This document shows, one piece after another, positions 20,101 through 35,100 of a stretch of 64,000 bases of DNA. Below the pieces are notes generated by a model. The model made no database searches. It was not told the origin of the DNA and saw only the letters and a list, made by a program, of their open reading frames with translations. The position numbers and the translations under genes are program-made. Position 1 is the first letter of the stretch. Every line of letters starts with the position of its first letter. The DNA is from Eledone cirrhosa (Eukaryota), in the NCBI GenBank assembly GCA_964016885.1, contig OZ024743.1:95480001-95544000 (forward strand), written 5' to 3'.

Positions 20101-23100
20101 TACCCCTATTCCCTGTCTTCTATTCCTACAATCTCTTATACCCCTATTCCCTGTCTTCTATTCCTACAATCTCTTATACCCCTATTTCCTGTCTTCTATT
20201 CCTACAATCTCTTATAACCCTATTCCCTGTCTTCTATTCCTACAATTTCTTATACATCTATTGCCGTTTCTCTATTCCTACAATCTCTTGTAACCCTATT
20301 CCCTGTCTTCTATTCCTACAATCTCTTATAACCCTATTCCCTGTCTTCTATTCCTACAATCTCTTATACCCCAATTCCCTGTCTTCTATACCTACAATCT
20401 CTTATACCCTTATTCCCTGTCTTCTAATCATACAATCTCTTATACCCCTATTCCCTGTCTTCTATTCCTACAATCTCTTATAGCCCTATTCGATGTCTTC
20501 TATTACTACAATCTCTTATACCCCTATTCCCTGTCTTCTATTCCTACACTCTCTGATACGCCTATTCCCTGTCATCTATTCCTACAATCTCTTATACCCC
20601 TATTCCCTGTCTTCAATTCCTACAATCTCTTATAACCCTATTCCCCGTCTCTATTCCTACAATATCTTACAACCCTATTCCCTCTCTTCTATTCCTACAA
20701 TCTCTTATAACACTATTCCCCGATGTCTAGTCCTACAATCTCTTATACACTTATTCTCTGTCTTCTATTCTTACAATCTCTTATTAGCCTATTCTCCGTC
20801 TTCTATTCCTACAATATCTTATACCCCTATTCTCTGTCTTCTATTCCGACAATCTATTATTAACCTATTCCCCGTCTTCTATTCCTACAATCTCTTATAA
20901 CCCTATTCCCTGTCTTCTATTCCTACAATCTCTTATAACCCTATTCCCTGTCTTCTATTCCTACAATCTCTTATAACCCTATTCCCTGTCTTCTATTCCT
21001 ACAACCTCTTATAACCCTATTCCCAATCTTCTATTCCTACAATCTCTTATTACCCTATTCTCCGTCTTCTATTCCTACAATCTCTTATAACCCTATTCCC
21101 TCTCTTCTATTCCTACAATCTCTTATAACACTATTCCCCGTCTTCTATTCCTACAATCTCTTATTACCCTATACTCCGTCTTCTATTCCTACAATATCTT
21201 ATACCACTATTCTCTGTCTTCTATTCCTACAATCTATTATTAACCTATTCCCCGTCTTCTATTCCTACAATCTCTTATAACCCTATTCCCTGTCTTCTAT
21301 TCCTACAATCTCTTATAACCCTATTCCCTGTCTTCTATTCCTACAATCTCTTATAACCCTATTCACTGTCTTCTATTCCTACAACCTCTTATAACCCTAT
21401 TCCCAATCTTCTAGTCCTACAATCTCTGATACCCTTATTCCCTGTCTTCTATTCCTACAATCTCTCATAAGCCTATTCTCTGTCTTCTATTCCTACAATA
21501 TCTTATACCCCTATTCCCTATCTTCTATTCCTACAATCTCTTATACCCCTATTCGATGTCTTCTATTCCTACAATCTCTCATACCTCTATTCCCTGCCTT
21601 CTATTCCTACAATCTCTTATAACCTTATTCCCTGTCTTCTATTCCTACAATACCTTATAACCCTATTCCCCGTCTTCTATTCCTACAATCTCTTATACCC
21701 CTATTCCCTGTCTTGTATTCTTACAATCTCTCATACCCCTATTCCCTGTCTTCTATTCATACAATCTCTTATACCCCTATTCCCTGTCTTCTATTCCTAC
21801 AAGCTCTTATAACCCTATTCCCGGTCTTCTATTCCTACAATCTCTTACACCCCTATTCCGTGCCTTCTATTCCTACAATCTCTTATACCCCTATTCCCTG
21901 TCTTCTATTCCTACAATCTCTTATACCCCTATTCCCTATCTTCTATTCCTACAATCTCTTATTCGCCTATTCCCTGTCTTCTATTCCTACAAACACTTAT
22001 AACCCATTTCCTTGTCTTCTATTCTTACAATCTCTTATACCCCTATTCCCTGTCTTCTATACCTACAACCTCTTATACCCCTATTCCGTGCCTTCTATTC
22101 CTACAATCTCTTATAAGCCTATTCTCCGTCTTCTATTCCTACAATCTCAAATACCCCTATTCCCTGTCTTGTATTCTTACCATCTCTTATACCCCTATTC
22201 CCTGTCTTCTATTCCTACAATCTCCCATACCCCTATTCCCTGTCTTCTATTCCTACAATCTCTTATACCCTATTCTCTGTCTTCTATTCCTACAATCTCT
22301 TATACCCCTATTCCCTGTCTTCTATTCTTACAATCTCTTATACCCCTATTCCCTGTCTTCTATTCCTACAATCTCTTTTACCCCTATTCCCTGTCTTCTA
22401 TTCCTACAATCTCTTATACCCCTATTCCCTGTCTTCAATTCCTACAATCTCTTATACCCCTATTTCCTGTCTTCTATTCCTACAATCTCTTATAACCCTA
22501 TTCCCTGTCTTCTATTCCTACAATTTCTTATACATCTATTGCCGTTTCTCTATTCCTACAATCTCTTGTAACCCTATTCCCTGTCTTCTATTCCTACAAT
22601 CTCTTATAACCCTATTCCCTGTCTTCTATTCCTACAATCTCTTATAACCCATTTCCCTGTATTCTATTCCTACAATCTCTTATACCCCTATTCCCTGTCT
22701 TCTATTCCTACAATCTCTTATACCCTTATTCCCTGTCTTCTATTCCTACAATCTCTTATACCCCTATTCCCTGTCTTCTATTCCTACAATCTCTTATAGC
22801 CCTATTCCATGTCTTCTATTACTACAATCTCTTATACCCCTATTCCCTGTCTTCTATTCCTACACTCTCTGATACGCCTATTCCCTGTCATCTATTCCTA
22901 CAATCTCTTAAACCCCTATTCCCTGTCTTCAATTCCTACAATCTCTAATAACCCTATTCCCCGTCTCTATTCCTACAATCTCTTACAACCCTATTCCCTC
23001 TCTTCTATTCCTACAATCTCTTATAACACTATTCCCCGATTTCTAGTCCTACGATCTCTTATACACCTATTCTCTGTCTTCTATTCCTACAATCTCTTAT

Positions 23101-26100
23101 TAGCCTATTCTCCGTCTTCTATTCCTACAATATCTTATACCCCTATTCTCTGTCTTCTATTCCTACAATCTATTATTAACCTATTCCCCGTCTTCTATTC
23201 CTACAATCTCTTATAACCCTATTCCCCGTCTTCTATTCCTACAATCTCTTATAACCCTATTCCCTGTCTTCTATTCCTACAATCTCTTATAACCCTATTC
23301 CCTGTCTTCTATTCCTACAACCTCTTATAACCCTATTCCCAATCTTCTATTCCTACAATCTCTTATTACCCTATTCTCCGTCTTCTATTCCTACAATATC
23401 TCATACCCTATTCCCTATCTTCTATTCCTACAATCTCTAATAACCTTATTCCCTGTCTTCTATTCCTACAATATCTTATAACCCTATTCCCCGTCTTCTA
23501 TTCCAACAATCTCTTATACCCCTATTCTCTGTCTTCTATTCCTACAATCTCTTATTACCCTATTCCCCGTCTTCTATTCCTACAATCTTTTATAACCCTA
23601 TTCCCTGACTTCTATTCCTACAATCTCTTATTACCCTATTCCCTGTCTTCTATACCTACAATCTCTTATACCCCTATTCCCTGTCTTCGATTACTACAAT
23701 CTCTTATAACCCTATTCCCCGTTTTCTATTCCTACAATCTCTTATACCCCTATTCACTGTCTTGTATTCTTACAATCTCTTATACCCCTATTCTGTGTCT
23801 TCTATTCCTACAATCTCGTATGGCCCTATTCTCTGTCTTCTATTCCTACAATCTCTTATACCCCTATTCTCTGAATTGTATTCTTACACTCTCTTATACC
23901 CTATTCCCTGTTTTCTAGTCCTGCAATCTCTTATACCCCTATTATCTGTCTTCTATTACTACTATCTCGTATAGCCCTATTCTCTGACGTCTATTCCTAA
24001 AATCTCTTATACCCCTATTCCCTGTCTTCTATTCCTACAATCTCTTATACCCCTATTCTCTGTCTTCTATTCCTACAATCTCTTATAACCCTATTCCATG
24101 TCTTCTATTCCTCCAATCTCTTATACCCCTATTCCCTGTCTTATATTCCTACAATCTCTTATACCCCTATTTCCTGTCTTCTATTCCTACAATCTCTTAT
24201 AACCATATGCCCTGTATTCTATGCCTACAATCTCTTATACCCCTATTCCCTCTCTTCTATTCCTACAATCTCTTGTAACCCTATTCCCTGTCTTCTATTC
24301 CTACAATACTTATACCCCTATTCCCTGTCTTCTATTCCTACAATCTCTTATACCCCTATTCCCTGTCTTCTATTCCTACAATCTCTTATACCCCTATTCC
24401 CTGTCTTCTATTCCTACAATCTCTTATACCCCTATTCCCTGTCTTCAATTCCTACAATCTCTTATAACCCTATTCCCTGTCTTCTATTCCTACAATCTCT
24501 TATACCCCTATTCCCTGTCTTCTATTCCTACAATATCTTATTACCCTATTCTCCGTCTTCTATTCCTATAATATCTTATATCCCTATTCTCTGTCTTCTA
24601 TTCATACAATCTCTTATAACCCTATTCCCCGTCTTCTATTCCTACAATCTCTTATACCCCTATTCTCTTTCTTCTATTCCTACAATCTCTTATTACCCTA
24701 TTCCCCGTCTTCTATTCCTACAATCTCTTATAACCCTATTCCCTGACTTCTATTCCTACAATCCCTTATAACACTATTCCCTGTTTTCTATTCCTACAAT
24801 CTCTTATAACGCTATTCCCTGTCTTCTATTCCTACAATCTCTTGTAACCCTATTCTTTGTCTTCTATTCCTACAATCTCTTATAACCCTATCCCCTGTCT
24901 TCTATTGCTACAATCTCTTATACGGCTATTCCCTGTCTTCTATTCCTACACTCTCTGATACGCCTATTCCCTGTCTTCTAATCCTACAATCTCTTATAAG
25001 CCTATTCCCCGTCTCTATTCCTACAATCTCTTACAACCCTATTCCCTCTCTTCTATTCCTACAATCTCTTATAACACTATTCCCCGATTTCTAGTCCTAC
25101 AATCTCTTATACACCTATTCTCTGTCTTCGATTCCTACAATCTCTTATTACCCTATTCTCCGTCTTCTATTCCTACAATATCTTATACCCCTATTCTCTG
25201 TCTTCTATTCCTACAATCTATTATTAACCTATTCCCCGTCTTCTATTCCTACAATCTCTTATAACCCTATTCCCTGTCTTCTATTCCTACAATCTATTAT
25301 TAACCTATTCCCCGTCTTCTATTCCTACAATCTCTTATAACCCTATTCCCTGTCTTCTATTCCTACAATCTCTTATACCCCTATTCTGTGTCTTCTATTC
25401 CTACAATCTCGTATGGCCCTATTCTCTGTCTTCTATTCCTACAATCTCTTATACCCCTATTCTCTGAATTGTATTCTTACACTCTCTTATACCCTATTCC
25501 CTGTTTTCTAGTCCTGCAATCTCTTATACCCCTATTATCTGTCTTCTATTACTACTATCTCGTATAGCCCTATTCTCTGACGTCTATTCCTAAAATCTCT
25601 TATACCCCTATTCCCTGTCTTCTATTCCTACAATCTCTTATACCCCTATTCTCTGTCTTCTATTCCTGCAATCTCTTATAACCCTATTCCATGTCTTCTA
25701 TTCCTCCAATCTCTTATACCCCTTTTCCCTGTCTTATATTCCTATAATCTCTTATACCCCTATTTCCTGTCTTCTATTCCTACAATACTTATACCCCTAT
25801 TCCCTGTCTTCAATTTCTACGATCTCTTATATCCCTATTCCCCGTCTTCTATTCCTACAAACCCTTATACCCATATTCCCTGTCTTCTATTCCTATAATC
25901 CCTTATACCCCTATTCTCTGTCTTTTATTCCTACAATATCTTATTACCCTATTCTCCGTCTTCTATTCCTATAATATCTTATATCCCTATTCTCTGTCTT
26001 CTATTCATACAATCTCTTATAACCCTATTCCCCGTCTTCTATTCCTACAATCTCTTATACCCCTATTCTCTTTCTTCTATTCCTACAATCTCTTATTACC

Positions 26101-29100
26101 CTATTCCCCGTCTTCTATTCCTACAATCTCTTATAACACTATTCCCTGACTTCTATTCCTACAATCCCTTATAACACTATTCCCTGTCTTCTATTCCTAC
26201 AATCTCTTATAACCCTATTCCCTGTCTTTTATTCCTACAATCTCTTGTACCCCTATTCCCTGTCTTTTCTTCCTACAATCTCTTATAACCCTATTCCCTG
26301 TTTTCTATTCCTACAATCTCTTATAACCCTATTCTTTGTCTTCTATTCCTACAATCTCTTATAACCCTATCCCCTGTCTTCTATTGCTACAATCTCTTAT
26401 ACCCCTATTTCCTGTCTTCTATTCCTACAATCACTTATACCCCTATTCCCTGTCTTCTATTCCTACAATCTCTTATAACCCTTTTCCCTGTCATCTATTG
26501 CTACAATCTCTTATAACCCTATTCCCTGTCTTCTATTCCTACATGCTCTTATTACCCTATTCTCCGTCTTCTATTCCTACAATAACTTATACCCCTATTC
26601 CCTGTCTTCTATTCCTACAATCCCTTATACCCTTATTCCCTGTCTTGTATTTTTACAATATCGTATACCTCTATTCCCTGTCTTCTATTCCTACAATCTC
26701 TGATATACCTATTCCCTCTCTTCTATTCCTACAATCTCTCATAACACTATTCACCGTCTTCTATTCCTACAATCTCTTATACGCCTATTCCCTGTCTTGT
26801 ATTCTTACAATCTCTCATACCCCTATTCCATGTCTTGTATTCCTACAATCTCTTATGCCCCTATTCTCTGTCTTCTATTCCTACAATCTCTTATACGCTT
26901 ATTCCGTCTCCTATTCCTACAATCTCTTATAGTCTTATTCCCTGTATTCTTTTCCTACAATCTCTTATACCCCTATTCCCTGTCTTCTATTCCTACAATC
27001 TCTTATACCCCTATTCCCTGTCTTCTATTCCTACAATCTCTTATACCCCTATTCCCTGTCTTCTATTCCTACAATCTCTTATACCCCTATTTCCTGTCTT
27101 CTATTCCTACAATCTCTTATAACCCTATTCCCTGTCTTCTATTCCTACAATTTCTTATACATCTATTGCCGTTTCTCTATTCCTACAATCTCTTGTAACC
27201 CTATTCCCTCTCTTCTATTCCTACAATCTATTATAACCCTATTCCCTGTCTTCTATTCCTACAATCTCTTATAACCCATTTCCCTGTATTCTATTGCTAC
27301 AATCTCTTATACCCCTATTCCCTGTCTTCTATTCCTACAATCTCTTATACCCTTATTCCCTGTCTTCTATTCCTACAATCTCTTATACCCCTATTCCCTG
27401 TCTTCTACTCCTACAATCTCTTGTAGCCCTATTCCATGTCTTCTATTACTACAATCTCTTATACCCCTATTCCCTGTCTTCTATTCCTACACTCTCTGAT
27501 ACGCCTATTCCCTGTCATCTATACCTACAATCTCTTATACCCCTATTCCCTGTCTTCAATTCCTACAATCTCTTACAACCCTATTCCCTCTCTTCTATTC
27601 CTACAATCTCTTATAACACTATTCCCCGATTTCTAGTCCTACAATCTCTTATACACCTATTCTCTGTCTTCTATTCCTACAATCTCTTATTAGGCTATTC
27701 TCCGTCTTCTATTCCTACAATATCTTATACCCCTATTCTCTGTCTTCTATTCCTACAATCTATTATTAACCTATTCCCCGTCTTCTATTCCTACAATCTC
27801 TTATAACCCTATTCCCTGTCTTCTATTCCTACAATCTCTTATAACCCTATTCCCTGTCTTCTATTCCTACAATCTCTTATAACCCTATTCCCTGTCTTCT
27901 ATTCCTACAACCTCTTATAACCCTATTCCCAATCTTCTATTCCTACAATCTCTTATTACCCTATTCTCCGTCTTCTATTCCTACAATATCTTATACCCCT
28001 ATTCTCTGTCTTCTATTCCTACAATCTATTATTAACCTATTCCCCGTCTTCTATTCCTATAATCTCTTATTACCCTATTCTCCGTCTTCTATTCCTACAA
28101 TATCTCATACCCTATTCCCTAGCTTCTATTCCTACAATCTCTAATAACCTTATTCCCTGTCTTCTATTCCTACAATATCTTATAACCCTATTCCCCGTCT
28201 TCTATTCCAACAATCTCTTATACCCCTATTCTCTGTCTTCTATTCCTACAATCTCTTATTACCCTATTCCCCGTCTTCTATTCCTACAATCTCTTATAAC
28301 CCTATTCCCTGACTTCTATTCCTACAATCTCTTATTACCCTATTCCCTGTCTTCTATTCCTACAATCTCTTATACCCCTATTCCCTCTCTTCTATTCCTA
28401 CAATCTCTTATAACCCTATTCCCCGTTTTCTATTCCTACAATCTCTTATACCCCTATTCACTGTCTTGTATTCTTACAGTCTTTTATACCCCTATTCTGT
28501 GTCTTCTATTCCTACAATCTCGTATGCCCCTATTCTCTGTCTTCTATTCCTACAATCTCGTATACCCTTATTCCGTCTTCTATTCCTACAATCTCTTATA
28601 GCTTTATTCTCTGTCTTCTATTCCTACAATCTCTTATACCCCTATTCCCTGAATTGTATTCTTACACTCTCTTATACCCTATTCCCTGGTTTCTAGTCCT
28701 GCAATCTCTTATACCCCTATTATCTGTCTTCTATTACTACTATCTCGTATAGCCCTATTCTCTGACGTCTATTCCTAAAATCTCTTATACCCCTATTCCC
28801 TGTCTTCTATTCCTACAATCTCTTATACCACTATTCTCTGTCTTCTATTCCTACAATCTCTTATAACCCTATTCCATGTCTTCTATTCCTCCAATCTCTT
28901 ATACCCCTATTCCCTGTTTTATATTCCTACAATCTCTTATACCCCTATTTCCTGTCTTCTATTCCTACAATCTCTTATAACCATATGCCCTGTATTCTAT
29001 TCCTACAATCTCTTATACCCCTATTCCCTCTCTTCTATTCCTACAATCTCTTGTAACCCTATTCCCTGTCTTCTATTCCTACAATACTTATACCCCTATT

Positions 29101-31207
29101 CCCTGTCTTCTATTCCTACAATCTCTTATACCCCTATTCCCTGTCTTCTATTCCTACAATCTCTTATACCCCTATTCCCTGTCTTCTATTCCTACAATCT
29201 CTTATACCCCTATTCCCTGTCTTCAATTCCTACAATCTCTTATAACCCTATTCCCTGTCTTCTATACCTACAATCTCTTATACCCCTATTCCCTGTCTTC
29301 TATTCTTACAATATCTTATTACCCTATTCTCCGTCTTCTATTCCTATAATATCTTATATCCCTATTCTCTGTCTTCTATTCATACAATCTCTTATAACCC
29401 TATTCCCCGTCTTCTATTCCTACAATCTCTTATACCCCTATTCTCTTTCTTCTATTCCTACAATCTCTTATTACCCTATTCCCCGTCTTCTATTCCTACA
29501 ATCTCTTATAACCCTATTTCCTGACTTCTATTCCTACAATCCCTTATAACACTATTCCCTGTTTTCTATTCCTACAATCTCTTATTCGCCTATTCCCTGT
29601 CTTCTATTCCTACAATCTCTTATAACCCTATTCTTTGTCTTCTATTCCTACAATCTCTTATAACCCTATCCCCTGTCTTCTATTGCTACAATCTCTTATA
29701 CGGCTATTCCCTGTCTTCTATTCCTACACTCTCTGATACGCCTATTCCCTGTCTTCTAATCCTACAATCTCTTATACCCCTATTCCCTGTCTTCAATTCC
29801 TACAATCTCTTATAAGCCTATTCCCCGTCTCTATTCCTACAATCTCTTACAACCCTATTCCCTCTCTTCTATTCCTACAATCTCTTATAACACTATTCCC
29901 CGATTTCTAGTCCTACAATCTCTTATACACCTATTCTCTGTCTTCGATTCCTACAATCTCTTATTACCCTATTCTCCGTCTTCTATTCCTACAATATCTT
30001 ATACCCCTATTCTCTGTCTTCTATTCCTACAATCTATTATTAACCTATTCCCCGTCTTCTATTCCTACAATCTCTTATAACCCTATTCCCTGTCTTCTAT
30101 TCCTACAATCTCTTATAACCCTATTCCCTGTCTTCTATTCCTACAATCTCTTATAACCCTATTCCCTGTCTTCTATTCCTACAACCTCTCATAACCCTAT
30201 TCCCAATCTTCTATTCCTAAAATCTCTTATTACCCTATTCTCCGTCTTCTATTCCTACAATATCTTATACCCCTATTCTCTGTCTTCTATTCCTACAATC
30301 TATTATTAACCTATTCCCCGTCTTCTATTCCTACAATCTCTTATTACCCTATTCTCCGTCTTCTATTCCTACAATATCTCATACCCTATTCCCTAACTTC
30401 TATTCCTACAATCTCTAATAACCTTATTCCCCGTCTTCTATTCCTACAATCTCTTATAACCCTATTCCCTGACTTCTATTCCTACAATCTCTTATTACCC
30501 TATTCCCTGTCTTCTATTCCTACAATCTCTTATACCCCTATTCCCTGTCTTCTATTCCTACAATCTCTTATAACCCTATTCCCCGTTTTCTATTCCTACA
30601 ATCTCTTATACCCCTATTCACTGTCTTGTATTCTTACAATCTCTTATACCCCTATTCCGTGTCTTCTATTCCTACAATCACGTATGCCCCTATTCTCTGT
30701 CTTCTATTCCTACAATCTCTTATAACCTTATTCCCTGTCTTCTATTCCTACAATCCCTTATAGCCTTATTCTCTGTCTTCTATTCCTACAATCTCTTATA
30801 CCCCTATTCCCTGAATTGTATTCTTACACTCTCTTATACCCTATTCCCTGTTTTCTAGTCCTGCAATCTCTTATACCCCTATTATCTGTCTTCTATTCCT
30901 ACAATCTCTTATACCCCTATTCTCTGTCTTCTATTCTTACAATCTCTTATAACCCTATTCCATGTCTTCTATTCCTCCAATCTCTTATACCCCTATTCTC
31001 TGTCTTCTATTCCTACAATCTCTTATTACCCTATTCTCCGTCTTCTATTCCTATAATACTAATATCCCTATTCTTTGTCTTCTATTCATACAATCTCTTA
31101 TAACCCTATTTCCCGTCTCCTATTCCTACAATCTCTTATACCCCTATTCCCTCTCTTCTATTCCTACAATCTCTTGTAACCCTATTCCCTGTCTTCTATT
31201 CCTACAA

Positions 31208-32162
31208 TCTATATATATAAAACTGTGGTTGTCTGTCTGTCTATCGATTTTTGGCACACATCTCCTCTTAGAATCTCTCACGGAATTGCACCGAAATTGC
31301 TATACTTGTACATTGAGCCCTAGCGAAGACATCGGAAAAAAAAATTTCAAATTGACCCACCCTATGTGACGAAATAGAATATAATGTATCGATTTTTGAG
31401 CGTAAGTTATCAGTTATTTCCCTTTGTTCTGTTTACATTGAGCGTCTTACGTAAAAAATTACGCTGGCTTTCTCAGCGTTTAAAATGACATTAACAGTTG
31501 TCGAGCCAGCAAAATATTGACCTGCAAAATTCATCAGTTCGAACACTAAGCTTCCGTTTGGCTTCATTTCCATTTAAAAGCATTTTAAAACAATATTTTT
31601 ACTTGAAAACAAGTCTATTTAAAGACTACGTAAAACAAGCAAATATTTCGTCGTTAGGCGTGCAGACAGACAGTCGTGCAGAGAAGTGATATACTCGTGC
31701 AGACAGACAGTCGTGCAGAGAGGTGATATAGGCGTGCAGACAGACAGTCGTGCAGAGTGGTGATATAGGCGTGCAGACAGACAGTCGTGCAGAGAGGTGA
31801 TATAGGCGTGCAGACAGATAGTCGTGCAGAGAGGTGATATAGGCGTGCAGACAGACATAACTGATAATTTGGTTACGCTAATGTTTTTCTCTGCGTTGCA
31901 TTGTTTACATTTTCGATCTTTGTTAATAAATAACCAGTGCAGTTTCTATCCCCAGCATCCTCTTTTGTTATAACATTCGGGTTATCGTTATGTTTTCTTA
32001 ACTTCATAAGGCATATTGTTGGTTGAGGGAATATTAATCAAAAACACCACATGCAAGTCTGCACGGTAGACACTACAGTTTTTAAGCCAAGAAAGAAACT
32101 TAACATTGTAACTTTAACACAGCTACTGAGCGACACCGAGCAACGCCGGGCTTTACTGCTAG
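31208..32162 (+). mobile_element. Non-autonomous Helitron, copy 1 (955 bp)
   Basis: Starts TCTATATATATAAAA and ends with hairpin CCGAGCAACGCCGGG + CTTTACTGCTAG; inserted between A and T of satellite CCTACAA^TCTCTTA with no TSD. Confidence 0.92.
31655..31857 (+). repeat. 37-bp internal tandem repeat of the Helitron (AGGCGTGCAGACAGACAGTCGTGCAGAGAGGTGATAT), ~5.5 units
   Basis: Directly visible; also at 47801-47981. Confidence 0.9.
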
Positions 32163-35100
32163 TCTCTTATAACCCTATTCCCTGTCTTCTATTCCTACAA
32201 ACACTTATAACCCTATTCCCTGTCTTCTATTCCTACAAGCCTTATACCCCTATTCCCTGTCTTCTATTCCTACAATCTCTTATACCCCTATTCCCTGACT
32301 TCTATTCCTACAATCTCTTATACCCCTATTCCCTGTCTTCTATTCCTACAATCTCTTATACCCCTATTCCCTGTCTTCTATTCCTACAATCGCTTCTACC
32401 GCTATTTCCTGTCTTCTATTACTAAAATCTATTATAGCCCTATTCCATGTCTTCTATTACTACAATCTCTTATAACCCTATTCCCTGTCTTCTATTCCTA
32501 CACTCTCTTATACACCTATTCCCTGGCTTCTATTCCTACAATCTCTTATTACCCTATTCCCTGTCTTCTATTCATACAATCTCTTATAACCCTATTCCCC
32601 GTCTTCTATTCCTACAATCTCTTATACCCCTATTCTCTGTCTTCTATTCCTACAATCTCTTATTACCCTATTCCCCGTCTTCTATTCCTGCAATCTCTTA
32701 TAACCCTATTCCCTGACTTCTATTCCTACAATCTCTTATAACCCTATTCCCTGTCTTCTATTCCTACAATCTCTTGTACCCCTATTCTCTGTCTTCTCTT
32801 CCTACAATCTCTTATAACCCTATTCCCTGTTTTCTATTCCTACAATCTCTTATAACCCTAGTCCCTGTCTTCTATTCCTACAATCTCTTATAACCCTATT
32901 CCTTGTCTTCTATTCCTACAATCTCTTGTACCCCTATTCCCTGTCTTTTCTTCCTAAAATCTCTTATAACCCTATTCCCTGTTTTCTATTCCTACAATCT
33001 CTTATAACCCTATTCCCTGTCTTCTATTCCTACAACCTCTTATAACCCTATTCTTTGTCATCTATTCCTACAATCTCTTATAACCCTCTCCCCTGTCTTC
33101 TATTGCTACAATCTCTTATACCCCTATTTCCTGTCTTCTATTCCTACAATCACTTATACCCCTATTCCCTGTCTTCTATTCCAACAATCTCTTATAACCC
33201 TATTCCCTGTCTTCTATTGCTACAATCTCTTATAACCCTATTCCCTGTCTTCTATTCCTACATTCTCTTATTACCCTATACTCCGTCTTCTATTCCTACA
33301 ATAACTTATACCCCTATTCCCTGTCTTCTATTCCTACAATCTCTTATAACCCTATTCCCTGTCTTCTATTGCTACAATCTCTTATAACCCTATTCCCTGT
33401 CTTCTATTCCTACATTCTCTTATTACCCTATTCTCCGTCTTCTATTCCTACAATAACTTATACCCCTATTCCCTCTCTTCTATTCCTACAATCTCTCATA
33501 ACACTATTCACGGTCTTCTATTCCTACAATCTCTTATACGCCTATTCCCTGTCTTGTATTCTTACAATCTCTTATACCCCTATTCCCTGTCTTGTATTCC
33601 TACAATCTCTTATGCCCCTATTCTCTGTCTTCTATTCCTACAATCTCTTATACCCTTATTCCGTCTTCTATTCCTACAATCTCTTATAGCCTTATTCCCT
33701 GTCTTCTTTTCCTACAATCTCTTATACCCCTATTCCCTGTCTTCTATTACTACAATCTCTTATAACCATATTCCCTGTCTTCTATTCCTACACTCTCTTA
33801 TACGCCTATTCCCTGTCTTCTATTCCTAGAATTTCTTATTAACCTATTCCCTGACTTCTATTCCTACAATTTCTTATACCCCTATTCCCTGTCTTCTATT
33901 CCTACAATCTCTTATACCCCTGTTCCCGGTTTTCTATTCCTATAATCTCTTATAACCCTATTCTCAGTCTTCTATTCCTACAAACCCTTATACCCATATT
34001 CCCTGTCTTCTATTCCTATAATCCCTTATAACCCTATTCCCTGTCTTCTATTCCTACAATCTCTTATACCCCTATTCTCTGTCTTCTATTTCTACAATCA
34101 CTTATTACCCTATTCTCCGTCTTCTATTCCTATAATACTAATATCCCTATTCTTTGTCTTCTATTCATACAATCTCTTATAACCCTATTTCCCGTCTTCT
34201 ATTCCTACAATCTCTTATACCCCTATTCACTGTCTTGTATTCTTACAATCTGATATACCCCTATTCCGAGACTTCTATTCCTACAATCTCTTATGCCCCT
34301 ATTCTCTGTCTTCTATTCCTACAATCTCTTATAGCCTTATTCCCTGTCTTCTATTCCTACAATCTCTTATATCCCTATTCCCTGAATTTTATTCTTACAA
34401 TCTCTTATACCCTATTCCCTGTCTTCTAGTCCTACAATCTCTTATACCCCTATTATCTGTCTTCTATTACTACAATCTCGTATAGCCCTATTCTCTGACG
34501 TCTATTTCTAAAATCTCTTATACCCCTATTCCCTGTCTTCTATTCCTACAATCTCTTATACCCCTATTCTCTGTCTTCTATTCCTCCAATCTCTTATACC
34601 CCTATTCCCTGTCTTATATTCCTACAATCTCTTATACCCCTATTTCCTGTCTTCTATTCCTACAATCTCTTATACCCCTATTCCCTCTCTTCTATTCCTA
34701 CAATCTCTTGTAACCCTATTCCCTGTCTTCTATTCCTACAATCTCTTATAACCCTACTCCCTGTCTTCTATTTCTACAATCTCTTATACCCCTATTCCCT
34801 GTCTTCTATTCCTACAAACACTTATAACCCTATTCCCTGTCTTCTATTCCTACAATACTTATACCCCTATTCCCTGTCTTCTATTCCTACAATCTCTTAT
34901 ACCCCTATTCCCTGTCTTCTATTCCTACAATCTCATATACCGCTATTCCCTGTCTTCTATTCCTACAATCTCTTATACCCCTATTCCCTGTCTTCTATTC
35001 CTACAATCGCTTCTACCACTATTTCCTGTCTTCTACTCCTACAATCTCTTATAGCCCTATTCCATGTCTTCTATTACTACAATCTCTTATAACCCTATTC

